From the NCBI GenBank assembly GCA_002269645.1, contig NIVC01002812.1:74654-138653 (forward strand): a stretch of 64,000 bases of DNA. Reading direction: 5' to 3'. The notes beneath the pieces were generated by a model, which did not search any database, had not been told where the DNA came from, and worked only from the letters and a program-made list of their open reading frames with translations. This document shows positions 1 to 13,230 of this stretch, piece by piece. The translations under genes and the position numbers were made by a program. The DNA is from Macrostomum lignano (taxonomy: Eukaryota). Numbering within the stretch: position 1 is the stretch's first letter; every line of letters begins with the position of its first letter.

Positions 1-1938
1 TTGACATGTCCAGTATGCTAAAATTTCGTTTTCTGTAATATTCTCGTTAAATTTATTATATTTTCTTAAATTGACAACCTTATTCAGTTTCTAAATATTT
101 TTAACCATTAGGGATATTTTTTGCAGTAAAATATTAGGATCCTCTATGCAAAAGTAAGGAAGTTTTTATTTCATGTCTTTTGAAGAAAAAATCTGAATAT
201 TTCCTGTTCTGGGTGTTAATAAAATCTTCTAGTAATGAAATGAACTGACTGTCTAACTTGATATGATTTAATATTGCAACTTTTCATTGTCATTTTATTC
301 CTGCTAATTATATAGGCTCATATCATTTTTGGTTTGTTTATTTTTTCATTACCATTATATACCTTCTTCCTGAGCAGCTATGTCCGCCATGTTTGTGTAA
401 ATAATAATCGTACTTTACTACTAATTAAAAGTAATATCGTAGTCTGTGTATTATTTGTTAAATTATTATGTTTTGTTTTTTCATTGTTTGTTTACATCGT
501 GTCTATAATTATATTTGTATCTGTAATTGAGTTTCCTTTTCTGTTGCCCCGTAGCGGCCACGTTTTTGTTATACTCGTCAGTAGGCTATGAGTTATGAGT
601 AATACGCTTATGTTTGTGCTGCATACTCCTATAAATGCGTATATCTGAGTTTGATGATAAGTTGTAAACACTGCAAAGTACATCTTCTTTGCGGTGTCAG
701 AGAAAAGAGAAGAGAGCTGTGAAGAGACACAAACCTTTAGCGGGCCGTCATGGCACTGAATTTGCAGTTCTCTCCCAGAAGTAGAGAATCAACGTCTTCG
801 GTGCAATACCGATATGTGCATGTGCGTTACGAGCCTTGTTGTGCTACAATGCAGCATTAGCGCAATTGTTGTTGTACCCAATTGGTTTTAATATTGTGTT
901 GTGTTTTTTTACCTGGCAGGTTTTAAGAGCGTATGTTGTTAATTTAGAAAATGTACATGGTTTACGTATGTCACACATGGCAGCAAAGAGTCAATTTTAT
1001 TTATCGTTTTCCCCCCTGCTATTCGTATTTGTTTGTACCGTTGGCACCGGCAGGTTGTTGAGTTTTCATTAGACACTTGAGACCGAGGATCTTCATGATT
1101 GTGAGAAATGATATATTTTATTCCGTTTTTATAATAAAAACTACGCTACAGGCAAGATGGTGTGCGCACTTCGTTTTTATTAAACTAAAACTGGTAAAAA
1201 GTAAAAAACATTTTCTAGGCCTTCTACTAGAGTTCTCTTCCTGTACTGACTGACATCTTGCTTGTTTCTTTCGCCTCTGGGGCAAGCTGTATTGACATTT
1301 GTCATAAAATTAAAACAGTTTGTGCTTAATCATCTTTCAAAGCAACGCGATCATCCGTTAAGATTATTATCACCAATGGCAAAGACTTTTTGCTGTTTCT
1401 CTTTTTGTACCAGTTATTTGAAATCCTTAATTAAAGTTTTCACCCTGATGCAATCCTTTCGAGGTAACTTTTTAACTCCGAACTTAAATCAATAGAGTAG
1501 CAATCCAACAGACCATAAGGCTTTCCAATAGGCAAAATTATATGCTTTAAGATAAATCAAGTTATTAGTAGTAAGCATGTAAAATTGTTTTTACAGACAT
1601 ATCATAAAGTCTAATCCTTACACGTACTCGTAGTTTGTTTAAACAACGGAAGAAAAACAGCTGGTTTATTTCGTCATACGAGCTGCATGTATACTCGTAC
1701 TCTTGACTGTCAAATCGCAAAACTGCGCTAAAGTAAAAAATGAAAAATATCACCCGGGTCGCAAAACAAACACTGGTTTAAAAAGACTCAGCTACCTATA
1801 TGTTTACACTGGTACATGTATGGATCGACACACTGGGCGTGCAGAAATTTCTGCAAATGTCAAAATGTAAATGGCCTTCGTCTTATAAATTTCTTGTTTT
1901 CGTCTGTCTTTTTTGTTTAGGTAGAGGCACGTAATAGG

Positions 1939-2128
1939 GTAAATGAATGAAGGATCGGAACTTAAAGATTTACACCTACACCTAACTGGGATTAAGGGAT
2001 AGTAAAATGTTACGATTTTTTTTCAAAATACTGGTAAATGAATGAAGGATCGGAACTTAAAGATTTACACCTACACCTAACTGGGATTAAGGGATAGTAA
2101 AATGTTACGATTTTTTTTCAAAATACTG
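1939..2128. repeat. Exact 95-bp tandem duplication (1939-2033 and 2034-2128)
   Basis: Read directly from the sequence. Confidence 0.9.
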
Positions 2129-3559
2129 CTTAGTTATATTATCACTATTTTTTCTATGCATTCAGTTGCCATTATAATAACTATTTTGTATTTAAATTTC
2201 AAAGGACATACGTTTGAATAAAAATAAATGGCAAAACTTTTACATAATTACCAATATTTGTTAAAATAGAGTAAAACTTTAAAACTACATTTTACAAGAA
2301 ACTAATGCAACACGTGCAGCAGAAACAGTCGCATGCCTGCCTTCTTGAGGCGTTGAAGTAGCTTGTCAATTATGATATTCTTCTTGTTTCTGTGCAAGTA
2401 TTGTTTGGTGTTCTGGCTAAGAAACTGTTAGATAGTTTGCCGATATGTATTGTAGCTTTAGCTGTCTTTAATAATGATGAATGTTTAGAAACATGGTATT
2501 TTGCTGTTTGTGCGTTATTTTGCTATTTCGAGTGCTTCCAGCTTTAGTATTATTATAGAATAAGCCAACCTATGCATTTTCAGCGCCGCTTGATTTTTCT
2601 ACTAATTGTGACTACTATGTAGAATAGGTAAATTACTGGATACAGGATAGGTGCCTTTAACAATCTTCTACTTTACTGTATTAATTTTTTCACGTGAAAT
2701 AGTAAAATATTAAGTCATTAGTCAAAAGTCATTGAGTATCAGTAATAGTACCTAACCCAATACAGAAAATTCTTAAACACTTTTGTGGCAGGAAGAGGCG
2801 ACGCCACAGGTACTCATTGAGGTGGGTATCAAACAGGGCATCACTAGAGCCATGCATTTAGGCCCCCAGCCATTTGACAGTCACCAGATAAGCATAAAAG
2901 TTTGTGAAAACGTGAAAATACTAGAATACTAGAATATTAGAGTGCTAGAATTTTCTATGGCAAAGGCTATCTTCCCAATTATATTTATAGAATATTATCA
3001 TATCAGTACCTCTGATTGACATCAATAAAATTTTAATTATAAATATGATCTGAAAGTTATGTGTAGTAAGCAGGGAAGGCAGTAAGAATATATGGCTAAA
3101 AATCATATTTTTAAGTTTAAATTAAATACTGATCTAAAATATATTAATAAAGCACTATATATTACCTTTAATAGTTAGATCTTTTTGCTTTTAAATTTAT
3201 AAATTTGTTTATTTGGTTTTGTTTCTTGAGAAAGATAACTAGACAAAGATATACTTTATATAAAAAACATGCAGTCTTATTAATTTTCATTTTCCACTTT
3301 AAAATAGGCTTCCAAGGATTATTGCACTTGATAAACCAAGGATTACTGCACCCATTGTTAACTCTGTTGATTTTAAGCCTTATATTTTAAAAAGGTATAT
3401 ATTTTGTATTCTTTTTAAACTATGAGATATAGTATCATGACAATAATTTTATAGTTTAGTGCTGATGGGGGGGCAGTGTCCTCCAAAGAGGTATTTGGCA
3501 CTGACCCTCCTAGCTACATCATGGCCTGTTTAGAAATAATTGGTCGTTCCAGTCAGTCT

Positions 3560-3852
3560 GGTCTCACGCTATTGGCTGGCTTCTCTCAGCCAATAGGAAG
3601 CCAGCTGGCAATTGAAGGGAGAAACTCTTCATATTCGCGCGCGCTGTCTCGCGAATTTTTTTAACCGCGCATTCGACTTCTGCTAATTGCAGTTTGGTGT
3701 CAGCAACCAGTGCTTAATAGATTTGCCTGTTGCAATTATCACATTGTTGCTCGCTCTGTGCTGTCTCTCTCTCTCACACATAACTGGTTTAAATTCGAGC
3801 TTTTATACCGCCGAGTTTTAGCGCCTTAAAATTCTGCGCTCCTTGGGTGAGT
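3560..3852 (+). promoter_or_regulatory. Candidate promoter and non-coding first exon
   Basis: Inverted pair of extended CCAAT boxes (GCTATTGGCTG at 3568; CAGCCAATAG at 3587), a CpG-rich CGCG cluster at about 3632-3655, and a strong TGG|GTGAGT donor at 3847. Confidence 0.4.
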
Positions 3853-4065
3853 TCTTAGATTTGTCTGCTTGCCCTGTTTCGTCAACTGTTTTTTATCTTT
3901 GCTTGGTTTTAATAGTCGCTTATCGCAAAGTTTAACTGTCTTCCTTTAAAATTAAGTAGCTCTGTATTTGTGTCTGTCTGTGTCGGTCTATTTAGTGTGT
4001 TATGTGCAGCTTAAATTATCTTTAGGGTAGATAATATCGATATTTGCTGCTTCAAAGACACTAAG

Positions 4066-4950
4066 ATGGCACTTTACCTCCGATCCTTCAGGAGGGGTTG
4101 CCACTTTACCTCCGATCCTTCAGGAGCTTCAAGAGGGGTTGTCACTATACCTCCGATCCTTCAGGAGCTTCAAGAGGGGTTGTCACTTTACCTCCGATCC
4201 TTCAGGAGCTTCAGGACGGGTTGTCACTATACCTCCGATCCTTCAGGAGCTTCAGGACGGGTTGTCACTATACCTCCGATCATTCAGGAGCTTCAGGACG
4301 GGTTGTCAATATACCTCCGATCCTTCAGGAACTTCAGGAGGGGTTGTCACTATACCTCCGATCCTTCAGGAGCTTCAGGACGGGTTGTCACTATACCTCC
4401 GATCCTTCAGGAGCTTCAGGACGGGTTGTCACTATACCTCTGATCCTTCAGGAGCTTCAGGACGGGTTGTCACTATACCTCCGATCCTTCAGGAGCTTCA
4501 GGAGGGGTTGTAACCATGCTTGGGCGCAACCTTGGGATTCACTCGGCCGTTTCTATTGGCAACACACACATGTAAGTCGCTATTGGACGGAATAGTAGTC
4601 ACGTGACTGCTCTCAGCCAATAGCGACTTACATGCGTGTGTTGCCAATAGAAACGGCCGGGTGATTCCCAAAGTTGCGCATGTATGGTTGTAACTATACC
4701 TCCGATCCTTCAGGAGCTTCAGGAGGGGTTGTCACTATACCTCCGATCCTTCAGGAGCTTCAGGACGGGTTGTAACTATACCTCCGATCCTTCAGGAGCT
4801 TCAGGAGGGGTTGCCACTGTACCTGCGATCCTTCAGGAACTTCAGGAAGGATTTGCCACTGTACCTGCGATCCTTCAGGAACTTCAGAAGGGGTACCGCT
4901 ATATCCCCAATCCTTCAGGAATGGTTGCCACTATACCCCCAATCCTTCAG
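4066..4950. repeat. 41-bp minisatellite ACTATACCTCCGATCCTTCAGGAGCTTCAGGACGGGTTGTC
   Basis: Period 41, interrupted by the MITE, degenerate 3' end. Confidence 0.95.
4515..4686. mobile_element. 172-bp palindromic MITE, hAT-like, with 8-bp TSD GTTGTAAC (4507-4514 and 4687-4694)
   Basis: Arms of about 75 bp are near-perfect inverted repeats, termini are CAT...ATG, and it interrupts one unit of the 41-bp minisatellite. Confidence 0.8.
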
Positions 4951-5579
4951 AAATGTTCATATACGAGTGTATCATAATTGAAATATGTATATTTAAGATT
5001 TCTTGTCGCACATAAAGAAACTGTCATAACTAAACAATGGATATTTGCCCGTATGTTAAAGCCATAGGCCATAGCGTCATAGCCTCTGTTTTGTAACAGA
5101 GCAAAAACCAAGTTATATAATAATCTTATATACAATACAAACCATGAACCATAAAGCAATACTTATGAATCCGTTTCGGCCACTTGATCCTGTCAATTTC
5201 TCTTCTAATATGTTAAACTGCTCACAGAGGGTAGTCTCTTCCTGAGCAGCAGTTGGCGGTCGGTGTGGACTAAGTGTGTATACATTTATCAACGGGGAGT
5301 CCAACGCCCAACCTGTCCCTCGCAGCGCCCCTCCCAATATTTTTTTTCAAATCGTACGGTTTGGGGGCGAGTTTAATTCTATGGTACGTCTTGAGTAATG
5401 GTGGGGTCCGGGCGTTCCACTCTCTCTCTCTCTCTGTCTGTCCAACTTGCTGTCTATCATTCGCGTTAAACTTGCGTGATTGACAATTCAAAAATAATTT
5501 TTTTTGCAAGCCGTTTTCTGTGGACAGATTTGAAAAGAGAAAATTCAGTTATTTTGGAGTGGTTTGTAGGCAAGACTAA

Positions 5580-5848
5580 GGGGTTCTGGCTCAGTGGTTA
5601 GAGCGTCGGACTCACGACTTGAAGGTCGGGGGTTCGATTCCCGGTCCCACTGGAACAATTGGTGTTCTTAAGCAAGACAATTAACTCTGCTATAGGTACC
5701 AGCATTAGCTGGGATAATTAAGGGTGTATGGCAACTCCCTCCCCCCTCCAGTCCTTGGACTGATCAGCCGTACGCAGCCTTCAGATGCTGTTGTTTGCAC
5801 ATCTGGCCATTAGGGAATGTGTAATCAATTATTGTATCATTATTATTG
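5580..5848 (+). mobile_element. tRNA-derived SINE
   Basis: A box TGGCTCAGTGG (5587), B box GGTTCGATTCC (5631), then GTGTTCTTAAGCAAGACAATTAAC resembling the conserved CCTTGGGCAAG-type SINE body box. Poor anticodon stem; (ATT)n-like end. The 3' boundary is approximate. Confidence 0.7.
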
Positions 5849-6774
5849 CGGGCAAGCTGATAATTATGTAATTCAAATTTGCTACCTCAGTTACTAATCT
5901 TATTGCCAACTATATTGTGGGATCTACTTTACCAATCTTATTGCCAATATTTTGTACGTTAGTTATTTTTTATAATTTTATTTTGCATGTCTCATTTTGC
6001 CTGCATGTGTCTTCATTGCCTTTCTCTCTCTGTGTGTAGGCAGTTACTCATTTTACAGTGCTCAGCTAGAGATTTTGTCTGTATTATGCTTGCTCCCCGT
6101 CCACTGTCTCTGCCCGTCCACCCGACTGTCTTTTTGAAGTTTTTCCAGTGCAGAGTCTCTGCTTTCCATCTTCGCGCACACAGTCGGAGATTTTGACCCA
6201 AAACAGAGCCGACCATTTAAATCCACTTGTGTGCTCTCTGGGCAGCATATATTGTATATATATATGCATTAATATGTACACAAAAGATTGTAGTTGCTGG
6301 AGTAGGGCTTGCGTTGCAATATTGAGCATGTCTGTCAAATATGGACAACCCACCTACGCGCCCTGCTGTTTGTAAGAGAAGTTTCGCGAGAGAGAGAGAG
6401 AGAAGGTCGAGATTGTGCTGCATATTATGTAGCCTTATAAGCTGTATAGGGCCATTTAGACAAGAGCTAGACTAGAAAATGGGCAATGTGCTCAGTTTGT
6501 ATGTTATCTGTGTTAGCTATTAGCATGCTTATAATTGGAGAAAAGCAGTTCAGTGTTGCCCGATTGCACTGTATTAATTAGATTACATAAAATGTGTAAA
6601 ACAGCCCTGTGCGAGTCTGCTTATGGGATGGGGGGGTTGATGAGGTCTAAATTCACATCGCCTAAAATTTTTACACTGCACCAGTGTTGCGCATCGTTAA
6701 TGGAAGTCTTAACTTCCGTTAATGGTGAAAGCATTAGCGCTACATTAAAAATTTTTAGTCTATGTGAACTCTAG

Positions 6775-7320
6775 GTCCTATGAAGTTTAAGTGTTGTGAA
6801 GTTTAGGTCTTTTAGTTTAGGTCTTATGAAGTTTAGGTCTTATGAAGTTTAGGTCTTATAGTTTAGGTCTTATGAAGTTTAGGTCTTATGAAGTTTAGGT
6901 CTTATGAAGTTTAGGTCTTATGAAGTTTAGGTCTTATAGTTTAGGTCTTATGAAGTTTAGGTCTTATGAAGTTTAGGTCTTATGAAGTTTAGGTCTTATG
7001 AAGTTTAGGTCTTATGAAGTTTAGGTCTTATAGTTTAGGTCTTATGAAGTTTAGGTCTTATGAAGTTTAGGTCTTATGAAGTTTAGGTCTTATTAAGTTT
7101 AAGTCTTATAGTTTAAGTCTTGGGAAGTTCAGATCTTGTGAATTTTTAGTTTGATAATTTAGTTCTTGGGAAGTTTAGGTCTTGTGAAATTTGAGTCTTA
7201 TAGTTTAGGTGTTGTGAAGTTTAGGCCTTACGAAGTTAAGGTCTTATTAAATTTAGGTCTTGTACAGTTTAGGTCTTATAAAACTTAGGTCTTGTGAAGT
7301 TTAGATCTTATGAAACTTTA
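6775..7320. repeat. 16/14-bp minisatellite GAAGTTTAGGTCTTAT
   Basis: Read directly. Confidence 0.95.
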
Positions 7321-8145
7321 TGTCTTTTTTAGGAAAGTAGATGCTTAAATCTGTTTAGGCAATGTAAAATTTAGGTCTTCCTTGGCCTTCACTTGCTCAT
7401 TTAGGCGTTCGGGTTCTTGTCTGTAAATAACTATGCCTGCCTTAGTATTGGTATCTCTGAAGAATATATCCTCTTCTATCTATAGATAGAATCGATGACG
7501 CAATCATTGTTCGCACAGTGTCAGGTGTAATAATAATTACAGAGACCATCCCGGCTGGCGCTTGAGACAGATCCTCCCTAGCCTGATCTGGGAGAATTAT
7601 GGGGGCGGGAGCAGGCCGAAATGGATATGTAGCAACATGGAGTTATCCCAACGTATCTAGTCTACAGGATTAGGGCCTGTCTTAATCCTGCCACATTGAG
7701 CATCAATCCTAATTCTCTTTGTGCGCTGTATAGTGACCGAAAATGAGACGAGAAAATTGAGGAAACAAGGCAAAGCAGGAAGAGGAATTGGGATCTTCTG
7801 CTCGAGTCTTTCTGCTTCTGCAGGAGGCGATCCCAGAGGCGCCTTCTTCTCTGACCCTTCTCTCTATCCATCGTTGCAACACGTCACCTTAGGGACTCCG
7901 CTTTGATATTAATGACTGCGACTGTCTATGCTGGTCTGCCACCTATCTGTCTGTCTGTCTGTCTGTAGGTCTCTCTTCCCTCTCTGTGTCACATCCACCC
8001 TACTCTCCTTCAAAGTCTCAGAATTTTTTTGTGCTGGGGGCTGTGAGTCACTCAGGGGGTGAGCTCTGCTCGATCCTGCCGTCTCGTTTGCACAGCTGAC
8101 TGTCGCGACAGCTCACGAATTCGGTATTCGATTCGAAATAGTGAG

Positions 8146-8473
<328 letters not shown>

Positions 8474-9696
8474 AGTCCATCCAATGCAGTCACTCATTCA
8501 ATCACTATTGAACTACGACTGCAGAAAAACTATCAATAGATGTCTATATAACAATCAGCCATCAACGGTATGACGTCAGGGTAGGCATTAAATTCAGATA
8601 TTCTGATGACAGCTTTTACCGGCGCCGCAGCGTTAATCCATCGCACCTTTTTTCATCTGTCTGAGCACGTGGCTGCCGGAATATTGCTGCTCACCTGTCT
8701 ATGTATTTGATGGCGCTTCATCTATTATTCACAGCTCACGGCTCTGAGCCCGCATATATATTTATGCATATTTCGACGGCCAGGTGTGAATGCAATGTAT
8801 GAATTGAAACTCAGAGAGAGAAGATGAGAGGATAAAGAAATCCGACTTATTACATCATTATTGCGCCAGCCTCCATCGTGGATTACAGAAAGCCGCGCAA
8901 AGAGTTGTGAAGTTGCAACTATTCTCCAAATCTTTATTTTCAAGATAATACAAGGTTGGCTGCAGTTTTTCAATTTACACACAGCGAGACTCTGTCATAA
9001 ACGGATTTTTATGATAATCTTGTCTTGAAAAATGAGAAGTTCCCATCGGCATGAGGACTGATTATCGATGCCTGTTTATTATTTCTCACGCTCGGCCGGA
9101 CCAATAGGTGTAAATACGGGGAATCGTCGACATTTTCTTCACCGTTCTTATATTGTCTTCTTGTCTGAGAGACCCGGCCTTGGAGGCAGTGAAATAGAAC
9201 GGGGGCTATCCGAACACACTGGGGTGGGGACAGGTGTCAGTAAGGTGGAGGCTTCTCTCCCCGAAACCGCCTCAACCAGCCATGCGGCACCCTCTTGAGC
9301 ACACAAGCATGTAGACATGCTCGCGCGTCTATACACACGTGTGCAAGCCCACCTGATCTGCATGCATTGAAGAAGACCCTGTTCCACTTAGCCTCTCAGA
9401 TGAGTAGCTACGAGCTATTAGTCATGCTTGCTGCTCCTGCTATCTGCCTGCTGTCTGTCTGCTAATCTGAATACTAATCCTTGTTGTTGCGTAGCTTGTA
9501 TTGTCTTTGTCAACAAAGGGGTGTCCATTTTATTTTATTGTATTAGAAAGTAGATTGTGTAATCTTTATCAATGAACTTAATGGAGTCTTCTCTTATTAT
9601 TACGAGTATACACTGAATAGATATGTGTAAATATTTCTCGTTTCTAACCTTGGTTATTTATAAATGGGATTCTTGAAATGGTTCTAAAATGGGATT

Positions 9697-10340
9697 TCGG
9701 GAAATATCCCAAAACTGCATTCTGGGAATCATCCCTAAACTGGATTCTGGGAATCATCCCTAAACTGGATTCTGGGAATTATCCCTAAACTGGATTCTGG
9801 GAATCATCCCTAAACTGGATTCTGGGAATTATCCCTAAACTGGATTCTGAGAATTATCTCTAAGTGGGAATCTTAGAATGATCCCTAAATCGGATTTAAT
9901 TCCTAACCAAATAGAAAGATCCTTAAGTCCCAAAAAGATTCATAAATTAATTTTTTAGAATATTCCCTACGCAGGATTCTTGGAATGAAGTGGGTTTCTA
10001 GGAGTTTTTATTATCCCCAAACGGGATTATGGGAATGGTCCCCACATCAGATTCTGTGAATTATCCATAAACAGTATTTTGGGAATTTTTCCTAAATAAG
10101 ATTCTGGGAATTTTTCCTAAAAAGGATTGTAGGAGTTATCTCTAAATAAATAGGATTTTGGGAATTATCCCTAAATAGGATTCTGAGTTATCCCTGAATA
10201 GGATTCTATGAGTTATCCCTGAATAGGATTCTATGAGTTATCCCTGAATAGGATTCTATGAGTTATCCCTAATTAGGATTCCGGGAATTGTCCCTAGGTG
10301 GGAATCTTGAAATTATCCCTTAATCGGATTTAATTTCTAA
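9697..10340. repeat. 25-bp minisatellite GGATTCTGGGAATCATCCCTAAACT, degenerating 3'
   Basis: Period 25. Confidence 0.9.
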
Positions 10341-10973
10341 CCAAATGGAAAAATCATTAAGTCCACAAAAATGATTCCTAAATGATTTCTTTAGAATGAT
10401 ATTTAGAATGATACCAAAGTTGCTTTTCTTTTATTTCGCCTTTCTCTCTCTCTTTTCTATCTGTTTGCTGGTCTCAGTCTTTGTGCACCCTGTCAATGGT
10501 TCAGTGCCCAATTCCTATAAGAACTTCCCCAGTTCAGTACGTACAAGTATTCAATTCAATTTCTTGAACGGTAATATTGGGTCGCGTGCGATCGAATGTG
10601 TCTAATTTGAATATCGTCACCCAGGCGGCCATCTTGTGCGCGTGTCCACCTGCCTGGTTTCCCCAGTTTTAAGGTAATTAAATATAGATTTCTAATTTAC
10701 TTGTTCATTCTCTGTCGCTCACTCTCTCTCGAGGGCTCTGTCTGTCTTTGTTCTATGCCTGTATACCCTGTTCCTATAAAGGTCTTTGTCTCGTTGAGTT
10801 GATGCTAGACTGGCTATTTCAATGCCAACGGTTGACTGCGTCTTGGCAATAATTAAAAATTGCGCTTGGCTGTTGGTCATTTGAAACGAGCTTGCATAAT
10901 TAAGAACTGAGGCCTGCCTTACCTGTGTCGGTGCAAGGATTCGAATTATTTGACCGATAGGATTTTACAGTGA

Positions 10974-11636
10974 CCCATCTATGCCTGTCTGTCTGTGCTT
11001 ATCCATCTATCCTTATCTATCTGTGCTTATCCATCTATCCTTATCTATCTGTGCTTATCCATCTATGCCTGTCTGTCTATGCTTATCCATCTATGCTTAT
11101 CTTATCGGTCTGTGCTTATCCATCTATGCCTGTCTGTCTATGCTTATCCATCTATGCTTATCTTATCGGTCTGTGCTTATCCATCTATGCCTGTCTGTCT
11201 ATGCTTATCCATCTATGCCTGTCTGTCTATGCTTATCCATCTATGCTTATCTTATCGGTCTGTGCTTATCCATCTATGCCTGTCTGTCTATGCTTATCCA
11301 TCTATGCTTATCTTATCGGTCTGTGCTTATCCATCTATGCCTGTCTGTCTATGCTTATCCATCTATGCTTATCTTATCGGTCTGTGCTTATCCATCTATG
11401 CCTGTCTGTCTATGCTTATCCATCTATGCCTGTCTGTCTATGCTTATCCATCTATGCTTATCTTATCGGTCTGTGCTTATCCATCTATGCCTGTCTGTCT
11501 ATGCTTATCCATCGATGCTTATCGGTCTGAGCTTATCCATCTATGCTTATCGGTCCGTGCTTATCCATCTATGCTTATCCATCTATGCTTATCCATCCAT
11601 GCTTATCCATCTATGCCTGTCTGTCTATGCTTATTT
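10974..11636. repeat. Compound 14/14/19-bp minisatellite (GCTTATCCATCTAT, GCCTGTCTGTCTAT, GCTTATCTTATCGGTCTGT)
   Basis: Read directly. Confidence 0.9.
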
Positions 11637-12334
11637 AAATAGCTTCTCATTTTTTTGCTTTGGCAATGTAAATATATAGGAAAAAATCCAGAGAAAAGCG
11701 AAATTTAATAATACGTGGGAACAAAATTGGAGACTTAAAAAATGAAGGCCCGTATCGTTAGGCTGCATTTCGTGAGAGATAGGGGATTTTTTTCTCTCCT
11801 TCCCTGATGGGCAAAGTCGACAAGAAGGTAAATCTTATTGCCCAGAATGTCGAGCAGGGTTGCTGACCTGTCTAGGGATTCTGCGAAGAATTTCCCCTTT
11901 CTCCCCGTTTCCTCATCCTATTTAGCCCCTTCTTTTCTCTTATCTATAGAAAATCCCCAACCGCGTGCCCCATCGTTGATTAAGTTTTCCCGTCTTCTGT
12001 CTTCTTGTTGTACAGCTGCCGCCGCAGCCTCCCTGAGGATTTTGATGTGGCTTCAACTCGTGAATTACGAGGCTTTGGCTGGCTTAGTTGAGTTGAGTAT
12101 TAAATTCTCGCGTTAAAAAGTCCGACTTAACTCTCTCTCTCTCTCTTTTGTACAGTTTTGCCTTGGCAAATTTTTGAAATATTCTAGGAAAATTTAAATT
12201 TCTCGTCTGGATTGATTAACTAACAAGCTAAGGTGGAAGAGGAAGGTTTCGGAATGAGTAGATATCTCCGTAAATGACTCGACCCCCAACTGTACTTTTA
12301 TTTCCAAATCATTATACAGTTCTTATGAATTTCT

Positions 12335-13230
12335 GACTCTCTGAGTCACTGACTCTCATTTTATATGACTCTTTTTGACTCGTTTTGACTCTGACTGTAT
12401 CTGACTCTCTCACTGTGTTTGACTCTATCTCTATGACTCTCTCTGACTATACCTGACTCTGTGACTATACCTGACTCTGTGACTGTAACTGACTCTCTCT
12501 GACTGTAACTGACTCCCTCTGACTCTCTGACTCTCTCTCTGACTGTAACTGACTCTCTCTGACTCTCTCTGACTCTCTTTGATTCTCTGACTCTCTCTGA
12601 CTCTCTTTGACTCTCTGACTCTCTCTGACTCTCTCTGACTCTCTCTGACTCTCTTTGACTCTCTGACTCTCTCTGACTCTCTCTGACTCTCTCTGACTCT
12701 CTCTGACTCTCTTTGACTCTCTGACTCTCTCTGACTCTCTCTGACTGTATCTGACTCTCTGACAGTGTCTGACTCTCTCTGACTGTATCTGACTCTCTGA
12801 CAGTGTCTGACTCTCTCTGACTGTATCTGACTCTCTGACAGTGTCTGACTCTCTCTCTGACTGTATCTGACTCTCTGACAGTGTCTGACTCTCTCTGACT
12901 GTATCTGACTCTCTGACAGTGTCTGACTCTCTCTGACTGTACCTGACTCTCTGACAGTGTCTGACTCTCTCTGACTGTATCTGACTCTCTGACAGTGTCT
13001 GACTCTCTCTGACTGTATCTGACTCTCTGACAGTGTCTGACTCTCTCTGACTGTATCTGACTCTCTGACAGTGTCTGACTCTCTCTGACTGTATCTGACT
13101 CTCTCTGACTATCTAACTCCCTCTGACTGCATCTGACTCTTTCTGACTCTTTTTGACTGAATACCTGACTTTTTCTGACTCTTTTTGACCTCTCTGATTC
13201 CCTGAGTTACTTCTCTGACTATTTCTTCTG
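12335..13230. repeat. CTGACTCT(CT)-based array with a composite GACTGTAT/GACAGTGT unit in its 3' half
   Basis: Read directly. Confidence 0.9.

Noticed and set aside
334-3390. Short AT-rich ORFs at the window start
   Set aside because: Low-complexity hydrophobic translations with no domain or splice support.
4066-4950. CRISPR-like regular repeat
   Set aside because: Head-to-tail units with no unique spacers, no cas genes and a eukaryotic context. The same holds for every other array.
5580-5655. Possible tRNA-Val(CAC) gene
   Set aside because: The anticodon and acceptor stems pair poorly, there is no T-run terminator, and it continues into SINE-like body sequence.
8571-8578. Single perfect CRE site TGACGTCA
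   Set aside because: One 8-mer in 64 kb is about the chance expectation.
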